Positions 36,540 through 51,009 of a DNA stretch of 64,000 bases are shown here, piece after piece; position 1 is the stretch's first letter; each line of letters begins with the position of its first letter. Source of the DNA: Camelus dromedarius (lineage: Eukaryota); assembly GCF_036321535.1 (NCBI RefSeq), contig NC_087439.1:30380001-30444000 (forward strand), in the 5' to 3' direction. A program made the position numbers and the translations under genes. A model generated the notes under the pieces. The model saw nothing but the letters and a program-made list of their open reading frames with translations. It searched no databases and had not been told where the DNA came from.

Positions 36540-37850
36540 TAAAAATGTGCCCTTTATAAAAAATAAAAAATAAAATTAAAAGCTGCAATTCAAAATACTA
36601 GCAAAATATTAAAATGTCAAGAAATAAACAGAAATGCGCAGGATATATATGAAAGGAAATATTTATATTTTACTGACTCACATAATATAAGGATTGAACA
36701 AACAGAAAAGCATACACTTGTTCTTGGAAAAAAAATGGAAAAAAATGTAATTTATTCACAATCTCAGTTAAAAATTGAATTATTTGTATTAAAATAAATT
36801 TTAAATTTATTAGAAAGAATAAACAAGAAAAGTGAGGGAAAATGTAAAAAAAAATAACAAGGGGAAGAATAATATACAAAATGTTAAAATGTTTCAAAGA
36901 GGGATAATGTTTAAAACAAAGGTACAAGAATAGGTAGGGAGATCAATGAAGAAGAATGGAACACCCATAAATAAATTTACGGAAAAATGAAAATTTTCAT
37001 TTGTGTTAAAATGGATTTTCAGAACAGCTGGGAAGAGATTCACTATTTAGCAAATGTTGGTTCAAATGTGCAGGCATTTGAACAAAATACAGTATTTGTT
37101 CCTTACTTCATAATAAATTCATTCCAGACCCATTAAAAGTTTAAACATGTTTGAAAAGTGTAAAATATCTGAGGAAAAATTGAGCTCTTTTTTGGTAAAC
37201 TTGAACTACGAAAGGCATTTCTTAGCATGGTAAGAAATAAGAAGTAAGAAATAAATGGTAAGAAATAAGCTAAAACCTAGGTAAGCTTGACTACTAAAAT
37301 TTACAAAACATTTATGTTTAACACAAAACATTATAAATAAAGTAATAATATAATAACCTGGAAAAATATAGTTGCCACAATATGACTCTCAAAGAGGAAA
37401 TTTTATAAGCAAAAACTTAATAAATCAGTAATAAGACAGATCATCCTGTAGGAAGTTGGAGAAAGGATTTAAGAATGCAGGCAACATAGAAAGTACAAGT
37501 TATCAAAAAGCTTATTAAAATTGCACAGCCTTGCTCATAAATAAACATAATAAGATATATTACATAAGTCTTTTAAGCAGTAAGTTCAATCTAAATTGTA
37601 CAATAGTTAAACGTTAAGAAAATTTAAATATACTGATACGGAAAGCTGTCCAAAATATAACTGCTAAGGATAAAAGCAAGTCATAGAAGAGCATATGTAG
37701 TGTGGGATTGTTATTGCAAAGAAAAAAGTACATATACCCATACCTCGGCATGTTCATAGATGGATAGAAAATGTGCAGCAGTGCACACCTCAAACTCTTC
37801 ATACAGTCTACTTCCCTGGAGTAAGATGATAAAGAGTAGGGGAAAAGGTT
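36540..37850 (+). mobile_element. Old L1 (L1M/L1ME) ORF2 3' and 3' UTR fragments
   Basis: Extremely A-rich, with L1-like motifs (gatcaatgaagaagaatggaacaccc, ttccttacttcataataaaattcattccaga, ttgccacaatatgactctcaaagagg). Confidence 0.6.
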
Positions 37851-38439
37851 CATAGGGACTTACATTTTTTTCCTTTATAAAGTTTCATCTTTTAAATTTT
37901 AAAAATTCATCTTTTATTATTTCGAGATAATTATATACTGATGAATTTTTTAAACAATGAGCATTTGTTTTACAACACAAGCACTTTTAAAAATTCTGAA
38001 GTATTTTAAGAAAAAAGGGAGAAAAATAATAATAATCGAATAAAAGAATCAATTCTATAGCTTCTTTAGTGAGGAGAAACTAGATATTAATATCAGAGCC
38101 CCATGCTTCTTGTGTCTCAATGTGTCTGAGTTAACTGTGTAGTGACCTGTGTATAATTTTCATTTCTTTGGGTGGGCCCAGTCATTTTCAGCTAATAATT
38201 TTGTTATCTTCATAAAGCCCTCATTTAAGGCACATGTCAGGCATTATTATAGATAGGTATCTGGAATTAAAGGACCCCACCTGCCAATTGTGGTTGAAAC
38301 TGTTGCTCAAGAGAGGCAGAACAGAGGCGTCCCTCTACAGCATGATACTTTCAAAGCCTCACCTGCCACTGCGTGGACCACACCTTCAACTTACAGCGGA
38401 TATTTTTCAGAGGCTGCAACTGATACTCACAAGAGCTAC

Positions 38440-38660
38440 CATTTGTTGTGTACTTACTATGTCAGATACCACTCTAAATTTTTTATATCACTGACTAATT
38501 TGAATCTCATTAACCACCCCATAAAATTATTATGCTCTTTATTATTTTCAGTGTGCAGATAAGGAAAGTCAAGAGGCTCAGTAACTCCCTCGAGGGCCCG
38601 TCACTACAACAGAGTTCATATTCTAATCTGAGACTTCCTAATTCTATAAAGATGTTCATA
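38440..38660 (-). mobile_element. MIR SINE
   Basis: taccatttgttgtgtacttactatgtcagatacc...ttcagtgtgcagataaggaaagtcaagaggctcagtaac. Confidence 0.7.
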
Positions 38661-41600
38661 CTTTTCCACTGTGCTCCACTTAAGCTAGTGGAGTACCTAG
38701 TGATGGGGATATTTTTGGCAGGGGGAGGTAGAAAACAACTACTGATGTATGAATTTTCATGATGACTAGAGAGAGCACTGGTGAATTTGCACAAAGCTTC
38801 TTAAATTTCTGCTCAATTTTCAAAGCTATTGTGGCCTGTCAGAGTTGTCTTTACCAATGCCCAAGAGCTGAGAAGGGCAAAAAAATTTTCAGAGATAAAC
38901 ATTTTTTGATGCTAAGAGAAAAATGGGGCCACATGCAGAGTACCTGAACACCAGGACCCACCCTAGTCTTACTCTCATTAGCTGGAAAGTGCTTCTGTGA
39001 ATACAGAGGAGAGCAGAGGCTATCTTGGAATGGAATGCCCTTGGATGAAATTTCAAGTCTTGAAATCTCTGGGGCACTGGACAAAGACTTGCCCTAATGG
39101 GTTTCAGACCCAAGCAGTCCTGCTTCAGGTATGAAAGACACCCACTGGTGTGCTGCTTAAGCCACAGCACTGGGTCTCTTTTATCTAGGTCCTTAGCTGC
39201 TCAGCAGGTCTCTGGCTTGCCAAAGACAGTCAGGATGAGGGGGGTGGGATGTGTTCTGCTGCAGTTGGTCTGTAGAGTTGGCTACTATGTTCTCAACCTC
39301 AAGAAGGTGTGTGGGAGTCACATTCCAGGGGCAGTTGGGTGCACACAAGACCATACTTTTGCATACATGTAAGGATCCTAGGGGAATTCTTGGAATATTG
39401 AAGAGGGAATATCCACAGAATAAGGAGACTGGGTTTTCTGCTCATCCAGACTGGAGGATATTCACTGAGTGAAGTACTCTGGGACAGATTATTCACCAAC
39501 CACATTATGAAAGAGCACACTCCAGATATATTCCTCACAGTGGGATTTATGAAGGCACAAAAACTGCCCTGGATTGGGATTCCCCCTGTTGTCAATTTTG
39601 AGAAGAAAACTGGTATCTGATGGCCAGGAAGTGTGACCCTCAACTGAATCCCCAGGCAGTAAAATGGGTTTCTGATTTGGTACGAGATCCAGAATATTGA
39701 TCACAATGGGAACATTATACATAAGCCAACCTAGGTGGAATTCAACCTGAGTCATGCAGATACTGGTTTGTGAGCAGGAAGTAAATGACACCTGCTGCTG
39801 AGCATACAATGTAGCTTAATGGGGTTATGGCAAAGTGGCAGGTAATTAAAACCCATTTCTAACAATTAACCACAAATGCCCCACGGGAAGGATATTTTCT
39901 GGACAGCTAGCCACATAAGCCTGGAGACTTCTTTCATTAAACAACAAGCTGATATATTTATTCTACAATGAAGTTCTTCCTTCTTTGCCATTTCCGTTGA
40001 ATGCCAATTGGAAAGTTTTACGTGGCAATCCCTGATTCAAAGCCTTCCCTTGCAAGCAAGTCACTAAAGCAAAGACTTGTGGGAACTGGGAGAAAGAAGG
40101 AAACAGAGCATCTGAAAACTCTGCCTATTTAGGGCAGGACTGAGCCTGTACCCCATGGCCACAGACACTCACTGCAATCTGCTGTGCTCCACAGCTTCAC
40201 GAGTATGAAGAGTCAGGCTAGTTTGCTTTCCGAGCTAATGTAGATAGCAGCCACCCCAAATATAGAAGGGATTATTTACTCATTCAACTCACTTCCTGGT
40301 ATTACCAGGCACTGAAACTTGCTATGGACCCTGATGCAAGCTTTAAGTGGTGGTATATTTAGCTTTTGTCTTCCACCCTTCACCTTCTTCTAGCCCCAGT
40401 TCCCATCACCAACAATACGATGTGGTTCCCCTGTGTACTGGACACATCCTTTTGTGGTAAGTGCAATGACAAATATACCCATCACACTGAATATGGAGTG
40501 ACCTACTGTGACAACTGGGTCACACGTGGTGTATCCATGTCATAAACACAAATGCCACCTGGACCTTGTTTTTAGACAAGATTGTTTATCTTCCTTTTTG
40601 CTTGTGTAAGTCCTTCATAAAGCCTTGAGTGCTTTCTGCCTTTACCTCCCCCTCAACAGTGTCATGTTTAGAGATACATACCCCAAATTGGAATTACTGA
40701 GCGCTACGGTATTTCTCTGAAGATTGTCAGGGTTTCCAAAACTTGGCTTGCGGAAACCCCATTAAACCTTCTCGTCTTCTCCCATTTTCTAGCACCCCTG
40801 CCCCCAGTGTCTTTCTTCTACTCCACAGCATTCTCTTCTCCCTGCCCTCTACCCCTGCCGTCTTGAGCTCCCTGCCCCTATACAGCATGAAGCCTGCACT
40901 GTCTTCGTGGAAGCCACACTCCTAGGCTCCTGCTCCACGCAGCCACCACCACGGGGAATTTAGCTTCCTTTTCACCCTTTTTTCATGAAAAAGTTGACTT
41001 CTAAACTTTCTCAGCAGTAGAACTGAGGTACTCAAACAGAGGCTGGGAAAGGACGTGAACCCTATTCAAGTTGACAGTTATTACCCCCTGATATTTGTCT
41101 GGGCTCTTTGGTGGTGTTTTGTTGTTGTTGATGTTGTTTGTCTTGTTCGTTTGGGTTTGGGCCTGGGCCATGCTATTCAAGTTACTTTCTAACAGTTATT
41201 TGTTTGTAGGTTTTTCTCCCAGTATCTGCCTTTATATCAGTCTACCCTCAACCACATCATCTGACAGGAGTGCAAGATCTTTTATGCCTTTTGTCCTATA
41301 TAAACGTTTTCTCACTAGTTTTGCCTCTGGGTTGTTTTGGTTTTGAAAGAATAATTGTAATTCTGTCTCCTTTGGAGATCTCTCTTCCAACCTTGTTCCT
41401 TCTCTTCACTTTGCTGGGTCCCAAGGTTGCCAGCTAACTGCACAATCAGGTCACATAATGCAAATCATTCCCTTAATGGCTATAGATTTCACAGGAGAAC
41501 TCAAACATATGTTTCCCATTTTTCTCCCTTTTATGCTGCATACTTGTGCTGAATAGTTTTATTGGTAATGGGGGAGATGCCAGAATGTTTACAGGATCAT

Positions 41601-43759
41601 GGTCATGGGAGTGTGCTGTTATTCGGTCCATGTCTGGAAAATGCCAACATAATCAATCAAAACGGAAACATTTGGTCAAAGAAGCATTTTTAAGATGATT
41701 AGCATATTGCTAATAGCTTTGAATATGTAACCAAACTTACAGTTCTTTTGATGTAACATAGGGTAGCAGAATACCATATAAATACTTTTCTTTCTTAAAA
41801 GTGAAGAAATGTTAGAATTTTGCGTAGTTCCATCATTCCTCAGGAAAACAGGGTTCTATGCCTCTGCCACTGTGATTTTGAAAGAATCATTTAACCATGT
41901 GCAGATCGCTTAACCATGCTGTGATTCAGCTTCCTCCTTCCTAAAATATGTGTTACTTTGTCTTATTTCTTTTTGGACACATTTGAAAATATAATGAAAA
42001 ACCCCTCTTCTCCCTTGATAAATACACATGAAATTTACAAACAATTTCAATATAATAACTTCAAACTTAAAATGGGTTTTGTTTAGAACTCTTAGGACAC
42101 GTGATCTTTAGACTCGCTCAGCTTAGAACTTTACGATTCCATGAACTTTCTCTTTCGTAATGCTGAGGGACTTGCATATCCCCGACCATTCCTCCAGCAC
42201 CAGCTCTCCCAGAGCCTCCCGCGTGGGAGTTGTGGATATACTGAAACATGATTCCTGTTGCCCTACTGGCCATGCTTTTATAGTCACTGGCTTCTTTTAG
42301 TCAGGGGAACTCTTTAAGAACCAGGATAGATTTTAGTTTTCTCACAACCATCTAGGAGTGACTGACAAGCACCACCTTCTGGGGAAAATGTGTAGCAAAT
42401 GTCAGAGTAGATCCCTGACACAGCTGGGTCCCTAAGGCCAAATCTCTCCCTGCCTTCAGCCTCAGTCTTACCTATTTCTTGAGCAATCTCATTTCCCCTT
42501 ATTCTAACCAAGGATGAATCTATCTTTGGTTTTGGAGCCTTGAAAATGATTTAAGTCTGAAAATTAATTCTGTTGAGTGAAAGAGTCCCACTTTTCAATA
42601 GAAATCTCACAGTAGAAAAATTCAGATCATTTTAAAGACACTGGGCTATAATTTATATTAGAAGCTTTATGTTATGTGACTTAAATATGACTTGTCATTA
42701 AAATGTTGGTGAAGTAAAGTACTTACTCAGAATGAATGGGGAAGGTATTAAGAAAAGAACCCATGCTCTTGGTAGATATAACAGTGATGAATTAACTAAA
42801 ATAATGTTCCACTCTAGCCCCATGCCAAATCAAGCATCAAAAGATTATTTAGTTTAAAAGATTTATTTTAAACATGCAAAATATATTTTAGGTAAATAGT
42901 TAAGCTTGCTTTTTCATGTGCATGGTAACTTTTTATACATGCTTTGAACTTAATTGTAAAATGCAAAATTTTTAAATAATACTTTTGCCAGAAAATTGAA
43001 CTATTCATTAATATCTTTATTCTCATAAAACTTAATTTTTTAATTATTTTTATAGAACCCCTTTTCATCTCAAAATTTTTTCTCTGTCCACTGGGGACAG
43101 ATCAATGCTGATATGAAACCATCTGCCTTACAGGAATTGCTGAAGGCGTTCTATAAAGGTTTGTTCCACTACTAAGTTGAAAAACTCCTTAGCCTATTTA
43201 CTTTTTTTTTTTTTTGGTTTGGTTTTAATCTAGAGAAGCAAGAATGATTATGTTTCCTGAGAAATGACCCTTTGCTTCACAAAAAAGTCAATTCTTTAAA
43301 ACTCATTTTTGATGCAACTCAGTAGACTTCTGAGAGTTGAGTCAGCTAATGGAATGTTCCTTCCCAGAGCTGGGTTGGCTTTCCAGGGAGATAAATGGAA
43401 TACAATAAAGTTTACAGTGGAAGAGTTGCAGAAATGGAGTCTTGGAAATACAGACTTAACACATTATTGTATTTCTCCTGGCATTGTTAATGAAAAAGTA
43501 GGCACTGATTGTTTACCCTCACACAAAACTTCTATGTCCTGTACCTAAAAATTCTCCATCTGCCAACTGCTTTGCTCCTCCCAAGGGGCTATTAGTCATT
43601 TCATAGAATTATATTTATTTTTTTAACTTACTTTCCAGATGGACATACGCATCATTTCATTAAAGCCAAATGTGGTTTATGAAATTCGAGAGTAATAATT
43701 AATCATGCCAGTGAAAGCTGTTGAATGAGGCAGATTGAGGGCATTTTCAGAAACATCAA

Positions 43760-43960
43760 TAATAAAAGTAGAAGCAGCTACCATTTGGGGGGTACTTACT
43801 TTATTCCAAGTACTTTTTAATGTATGAATGTATCTGAACTATAATCTTGCACAGTAAATATTATTATTCCCACTTTGTAAATTCATCTCAGGGAGAGATG
43901 ATACCCTGAGAGCTATGAAGTGGTAGAATCTGAATCCAAGTCTGCCTGGTCCAGAGTTTG
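43760..43960 (-). mobile_element. MIR SINE
   Basis: gcagctaccatttggggggtacttac...ttattattcccactttgtaaa...aagtggtagaatctgaatccaagtctgcc. Confidence 0.6.
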
Positions 43961-46900
43961 TGTACTTTCCTTTCTGCAACCCTGCCTCTTGGAGTTAAGG
44001 GTTCAAACCTGACAATCTTGCAGGCTTCCTAAATTGCATAGGTTCTCTACAACTGGTAACTACAAAATAAAGAATTATTAAAATTCTACATAGTTCATCC
44101 ATGGACAATATTTTGTCTTTAAATGACATGCTTGCTGGTAGATGACAAATACTCCTTAATCAGTACTATTTGTCAAACATCTCAGATTTTTTTTTTTTAG
44201 CTGAATAACCAGAAACATAAACACACACCAAGATATAGCCCTTCATATCCTTAGGAGTCCATTTAGAACTGATTTTTTTTTAAGCACAAAGACAGAGAAT
44301 CCTAAGTGCAGCTAAACTGATAGGGTATCAGGTAGAGACAGTGAAAAGAACAAAGTAGAAACTGATAAATAATCGAAGACACAGAACTGGTTCAAGATCA
44401 TGAAAGCAATGATAAAGATACTCCAAACCATTTGAGAGAAAGGAAGAAGCCTCACATAGAGGGGAAAGATACACTCCAGCAGAAAGAAATCCCCAGCACA
44501 CTTCTGTCATCATGCATCTGGGAAAAGTGTTCATCATCACCTCAGGGCAAATGGTGGAGGTTATATTGTTTTAAAATAGGGACCTGGCCAAAGAGAAAGA
44601 AGTCTGTATCCTGCCAACAACCAGTGCCCAGAGAAGGAACAGATGTAAACACAGAAAACTGTTCAAATTTGCCAGCGGAGCCTAGCAGCCCATCAGCCAG
44701 CAGTCAAAGTCTAGAAAGTAACCAGAAATGCCTTCCTATAAACAAAGAGAATTGGGAAAGAGATGGGAAACTAACATCCACATTTTGAAATCACTGAAAA
44801 AGGAGAGGATGTGCTACACTTTGACACAGACCAAAGACACTCATGTCAAAGGCGCAATGTAGGGAGTGAGGCTGAGAGGGGCCAGGTGCAGTGCCCTTTC
44901 TCTGAAGTATTTGAGGCTGGGACCAAACAGACCCGAAGGGGAGGGCTGGTGAAATTAATGGGCACCGATGCCAGAATTGTTCATACACTTCATCACAAAC
45001 AATGAGGAGATTTTACAGAAATACATCCCTGGGAATGGCTTGTAAAACCTCAGCATGTCTGCTTCTGGGGTAAGAACCCAGAATGTTCACAAACTAGAAA
45101 ACAAAATGCACTGTTGTTGAGAGATTCATGTTGTAACAGTGCAGGTTTTGGTTTCCAAGTTCACTGCTCAAAGACTGCCTTTTTCTTCCTGCTAAGGTAT
45201 TTTGCTTTGGTTCTATCTACATAGATAGAACTGGAATCTATCGGAATTGCCAGGATTCCTACAGAGCCTTGGTTAACCGAGAAAAAGATTAACAAGTTTT
45301 TTTTTTTTAATTCATCATTTAAAATGCAATAGAAGAATTCCGTAATAAAGTTAAATGGCAGCATTAAAGAGCACTTGAAAAAGATATTATAAAAATATAA
45401 CTAATAAAACTGGGCCTCTCGGTGACCTATCTCAGTATGTGTCATACACAAAGGAAACATCCAGAAAGGGATTGAAAAGCAATTGAAAATGAAGTCTTGT
45501 GAAGAGGCAGCAAGAGGTCTGCCATTCACAAGGCATAACAAAACTTCTTAAAATTTTTCTTTCCCAGGAGTTCATGTAGCAAAATTGATGCCCTAAGTAG
45601 TTTTCTATACACACGGCCAGACTTTCTGTCCCCCAGCTGAGCCAACGTTGGCTCTTCTCTCTCCAGCTCAACTCTGCCTCCTCCCACCATATCCTCTCTC
45701 ATACGTGGACACCCAGGACCAAGAAGAGCAATTACTCTTTGTAATGAGACCATACGTGTCTTCTAACGGAAATCAGTTTAGCACTCTCAGCTGTGTCAGT
45801 TATACATTTGTCCTTCGTCCCAGATTAGAACAGCAGAAGGCCAAGAACCAACATGACCTCTTCCTTTGGGGGAAGGACAGTATGAATAGTCATTTATTAG
45901 CGATTTTTTTTTGTCTTTTGTCATACAAAGATTTAAAAGAACCCAATGCTTACAGAGGTCTTGATACCTTTTCTTTCCAGTCCTCTTTAAATTCCCAATT
46001 ACTGCTTAACGTAGCCTTCATTGTTATTTACCCTGAATCTTTGAGTCAAACCTTTAGAAAACAGATATACTTGATCCACATAGATTCAACTTCCTGGCTT
46101 TTCTTATGATAGAAAATTATTATATGCACTTTCCAAAAGCACTGTCTCATGGGAACTTTAGGTACAGTAAGGGATAATGGCAGACCCTTTAATCAGAGTC
46201 CAGATTATCTGGTTTTCAATTCAATGATGGTTCTATTTAGAGTTAGCTGAGAAGAGGTGTTAGTGATGTAGAGGGATGGATAATAAAATCAGGGACTCCT
46301 AAAAGGGGAGGCCTGAGGGAAAAAGGTAAGTGTGTCTTGTCAGACTTGCTAGCCTCATCCCCTTTTCTGGTCCTTCCCTCTTCTGTTCTGTACCTAGGGA
46401 GGCTCCCTCCATAAGCTGAATTTCTCAGGCTCTCGTGCCTGCTGGTTAATGACAGATGAACGTTGTTGGTAGAAGGTTGGAGGACAGAAGGAAGACAGAA
46501 CCAGAGTATGCCTCCTTCTATAACACTTATTTCGTTCGGGCAACAAGTTACCTGGTGGTCAAATCTGGCCAGAACTAACAGGAAGCCATTTATCATTTTT
46601 ATTTATCCAACTTTGGGTGAATATGTGCACATTTTGCTGAATTTGACTATGGAATGCTGTCCCCAGTCCTACTGAGGGCGTTGACATAATCTATGATACA
46701 TACATTGTATTGCTTTTTGAAACTTTGAAAAATTGTGAGTTCTGAAATTTATCTGCCCCAAGGAGTTTCAGAGAAGGGAGTACAAACAGGCAATTTGCAA
46801 TATTTGTGTGATCTTTAATTCAAACAAAAGTTAGGTATGTAATTGGACATTAATTCTGACTTTTCCTGTTGTCTTGGCTTTTCAGAGAGAAAAATGCAAT

Positions 46901-48499
46901 CCCACCCAAAGCATATGCTAGACCACCCATGCAGGGCACACTTGGAGGTTATGATACTTATTCTGCCAAGATTAGCTCATCCTCCACTTCTATAGAAGAT
47001 AAGACAAAGTTTTCACTTGTGGGCTAGAGAGATTGATAATATGGTTTCTTTAAAGGGAGAGCTGTTCGTGTGCTGGACTTCATCCTTCTCCACTCATGGA
47101 GGACATGAGGGGCACTTCCCCCTCCCCTCAATCCAAATGAAGGGCTTCAGGAGAAACCCTGAGAGAACCTGACCTATGAATGCCTAGAAGATGTGAAGAC
47201 TGAAATCTGACTCATCCCCAAAGAGTGTCAGTGCACAGGGCTATACGTGGAGTCTGTCCTGTTTGATAGCAGAGAAAGGAATAGGTTTGAGTTAAGACAA
47301 GTCTATGCTTCCACAATTTGGACGGGCAAAAATAATTGTGCTTGCAGCCCAGATGCCAACATTTAGAAGGGTGTCCTTGAGAGGGACTCTGCAGGGAGGG
47401 GTGAAGAGACCTACGGAGAGAGACGGACTACTCGAAGCTTGAGGGCTGCCAGCAGGTGGGAGGAGAAGTCATAAAAATACCTAGGTATTTTGGGGTATCT
47501 CTGGCTATCATTGCATCCAGAGACCTCCAGTGAAATTTTCCAGTCACATAAAAATGATTGTACACATAAGACTTTTCTGATTCTACACATTTTAACTAGC
47601 CTTAGAAAACAGGAGATAAAACATTGTAGTAGTCTTATCAAAAGAGAAGGCTGGATACACCTTTCTTTTGTACTGCATGTTTCTGAGCTTGTAGGAGTCC
47701 CAAACAAGGGAGAAATTTAAAATTGAACGAGAGTACAAAGCAACGTTGCCCTGGATTAGGCATTTTAACACTGGAAGTAAGAAGAGACTACTTGTTTCAA
47801 GGCAGGCACGTGAATAAGTGACAGCAAGCAACATCCGATAGGGCCCGTCTAGGCAGTGTTTGTGGAGGCTGCTTACAGCTCTGCACTGAGGACTGTGAGC
47901 TGTGACCAGCATGAGTGGGAAGATGTACATGGCCATCTTGAGGGAGTCTGAGACAGGACCTCACACAGTAGGCACTCAGTAAATTCTCATTAAGTGAGGA
48001 GAATGAGCGCAATGGAGCAAATCTACATATTTCATGTTCTAAAGGATTCTTTGCACATCTGACTGCAAGCTTCTGCTAGAGAGGAAGACTGCCTTCAATA
48101 CATCGATTGGATGTCAGAATAACCACCACTACCAACAGTGTGACACGCCTAAAAGTAGAGCAGGCCCTGGTTAGTAAAGCCCATGCTTCCCTGGACCAGA
48201 TTCTCCAGAGGAGTTATCATGGAAGAATGACTACTAACTCGCTGGCTGTGATTTACCTATAAGGCTGGCCCTGTGATTTACCAACACGACTGGCCTAGTA
48301 GTTAGACAGGGTCTTGAAGATGAGGCAGCCAAGGTGGGTTCTTACACCTAAAGCAAAAGCAGGTGGGTTGAGGTACCCTAGGCCCTCTTCTTTTACGGCC
48401 CCTACCAGCTTGCTTTTGGGGGCCTGGAAGCATCTCTCAAGACTTTTCTCCGATTTACACATTGACAGACCAGATCCTTTGCATTGCTGAAAATAACTG

Positions 48500-49130
48500 A
48501 AGGGATGATTTCCCTCTCTCGAATCCACTCTGTACCCTGTCATCCGATTTATCTTCCTAAATACAGCATTATCTGTATTTCTTCTAGCTTAAAAAAAAAT
48601 ATTCAGTAGCTGTTAATTGCTTTGCTAACAGAATCCCAATTCCTTAGTTATTCAGAAATCTCTACAAGCAACATCAGTTCAACCTACTTTTCTGGTCTGA
48701 ACTTCTGCTCCAGCCATCCTGCCCAGGTGTAGTCAAGCCACACTCCCTGATATTTCTTATGCCTCTTCTTTCTTCCCTTGGATCACGATATTCCTGCTAC
48801 CAGGACAAGGGTGCTGCCGCCTTCTGCCTGTTCTTCCAGCCATCATTTAAAGCCTGTCTCAAATACTGCCTCCTTTGTGAAGCTTTTCACACCCAGCCCA
48901 GTGGCATCCACAAGTCAGAAGTCAGCTTTCCCTTGGTTGGTGTCATGTTTCTTACAGAATTTATTATATATTGTCTTTTATTTTAATAGGAAAATGGCAA
49001 AGCTCCCTACGAAATATTTGCTTCTTAAGGGCATAAACCATGTTTTATTTTTCTTTATACAGTTTATTGCACTTGATGAAACAGGGTTTGTACATAGGCA
49101 GTAAATAAATAATTTAAGAGTGAATTAATG
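48500..49130 (+). mobile_element. L2 LINE 3' region
   Basis: tttatcttcctaaatacagc...gtctcaaatactgcctcctttgtgaagctttt...tacataggcagtaaataaataatttaagagtgaattaatg. Confidence 0.65.
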
Positions 49131-49134
49131 CTTA

Positions 49135-49265
49135 GGGTGACAAAAAGATTTTAGAATTAGATAGAGGTAGTGATTGCACAGTATGTGAAAGCACTAAATG
49201 ACACAATTGTTTCCTTTTAAATGTTTAATTTTATGCTACTTGAATTTCACCTCAATAAAATTTAT
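49135..49265 (+). mobile_element. L1MB-type 3' tip
   Basis: gggtgacaaaaagattttagaattagatagaggtagtgattgcaca...tgaatttcacctcaataaaa. Degenerate TSD aagagtgaat / aagaatgaat. Confidence 0.8.
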
Positions 49266-50027
49266 AAAAGAATGAATGATTGAATTAATACCCTTCTAGC
49301 ATTTAGCTGCCAAATTGGAACCATTTCTCTCTGACTTCTTCCACTTTGCAGAAGAGAGCAACATGAACGTGTAATTGCACTTCCTTATCCACAGCATGAA
49401 TGTGCTCCAGAACTAACTTCTCCCAGTTTCTCTCTCTGCTAGTTGGATTATCTTTGCAGAGTGGTGGCTTCAATGATGCCAGTAAATGAACGGCATTTTT
49501 CTCTACATTCCCCCATTTCCACGCTGATTGGATCAAGCCTCATTAGCCTCCCGTCAGACTATTTGAGGGAGAAGTTCACCATCTAACACAAAAACAGGAG
49601 AACAGATTTGAAGGTATTTGCATTTCTCCTTAGTTTGAAAGAAAGTTAATTCAAGAATTCATAGACAAGGTATTTTTTTTTAAAGCCAGTGCAAATTACT
49701 GTCAATTACAAATTCTCCTTGATAGAAATGCATTCTCAGAGTATGTTATATTTTACCACAGAAGACGACATTTAAAAAATAACATTTAATATTTAATGTA
49801 GCTTGAACAAAAGATTTTAAGTGGCAGCATCATTTTACCTGCAGTGACACTCCAGGCACCGTGAATGATCCTCCTTTAACACTGATAAACCCATAGTTTC
49901 CACCTCTAGTTTCCCTTCTCCAATAAACTCTGCAAAATGTCACCAGATTTATCTTTCTCACACTCCCAAATCCAGAAACATTACTAGCTACTCATTACTG
50001 ACCCACCAAAGCTCTAACTCCTTAGAT

Positions 50028-50195
50028 CTGTGGTGGTTGACCTTGGCTGCACATTAGAATCTCCTGGTGAATTTTTGAGCGTGCTGATGCCTGGCTCATC
50101 TGTACTAGAGGTGCTAGGCAGTGAGGCCCAGGTATAGGTAGGTTGTTAAGGCTCCCCAGGTGATTCTAATGTACAGTCAGCATCGAGAAACACCA
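50028..50195. mobile_element. MER5B-type hAT-Charlie element
   Basis: ccttggctgcacattagaatctcctgg...ctgatgcctgg...ctccccaggtgattctaatgtacag. Confidence 0.85.
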
Positions 50196-50837
50196 TCTTG
50201 AATGCTCTTTCACAAGCTCTGTACAGAAAACAGCAGGGGCAGAGATGTGGGCTATATGGTAAGACATGGGTAAGAAAGAAAGAGAAGATGTTGTGCAACC
50301 AAAGGAGAGAAGTGAGCCGCTGAGATGTTGCTCGCAGATGCCCTGGTATAAGGAAGACAGAGTCTTTCCTCTGAGAACAAATAGAAAAGGATCCCCACAA
50401 CCAGCCTGAGAGTTAGTTAGTCTTGATCTCTGGTTCTGGGAGAAATGTCAGCGATGCAGCCTTTCTGGGTTCCCAGTGTGCCCCCGCAGGCCACTGTTTC
50501 CATTCTGTGCCTCTATGTGCCAACCCTGCCCTTTCCTAGGGGACTGGACCCCTGAGAGCTACAATAGGAAAAGCCAGGCTTTACTGGCTGATCGTCTTCC
50601 CCACTGCAGAAAGATAAACAGGGCGGGTGACAGTGTTTTATCTACCACGGTTACTCAGTAGGCTCTTTCCTCCCTGGGGCAGAATTTGATATAATTTGTG
50701 TCACACAAGCTACCTGCCAGGATTTGTCCCAAAGTGAAACTGAGAGCCTTGAAGGACATAAATGATACTGCTGTGCTTGGGCAGAGGTATTCCATGCCCC
50801 CTAACTCCTTCTAGGAGGTATTCATGTCTAGGTTTTG

Positions 50838-51009
50838 NNNNNNNNNNNNNNNNNNNNNNNNNNNNNNNNNNNNNNNNNNNNNNNNNNNNNNNNNNNNNNN
50901 NNNNNNNNNNNNNNNNNNNNNNNNNNNNNNNNNNNNNNNNNNNNNNNNNNNNNNNNNNNNNNNNNNNNNNNNNNNNNNNNNNNNNNNNNNNNNNNNNNNN
51001 NNNNNNNNN
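50838..51009. other. Assembly gap (172 N)
   Basis: Run of N. Confidence 0.99.

Noticed and set aside
20890-39586. NF-kB-like sites at about 20891, 28531 and 39576
   Set aside because: About five GGGRNNYYCC matches are expected by chance in 64 kb on both strands at ~40% GC, so these are not enriched or clustered.
39251-39809. Several overlapping 70-114 aa ORFs suggesting a pseudogene
   Set aside because: No frame resembles a protein I know, and there is no poly(A) or TSD.
40414-40545. Short frame MWFPCVLDTSFCGKCNDKYTHHTEYGVTYCDNW resembling a zinc ribbon
   Set aside because: The second CxxC is incomplete (CDNW), the frame is only about 40 codons, and it has no context.
30959-48282. Tiny tandem duplications (taacttttaatgag x2 near 30959; gtaagaaataa x3 near 37230; gctgg..ctgtgatttacc x2 at 48241)
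   Set aside because: These are ordinary slippage-scale events with no sign of function.
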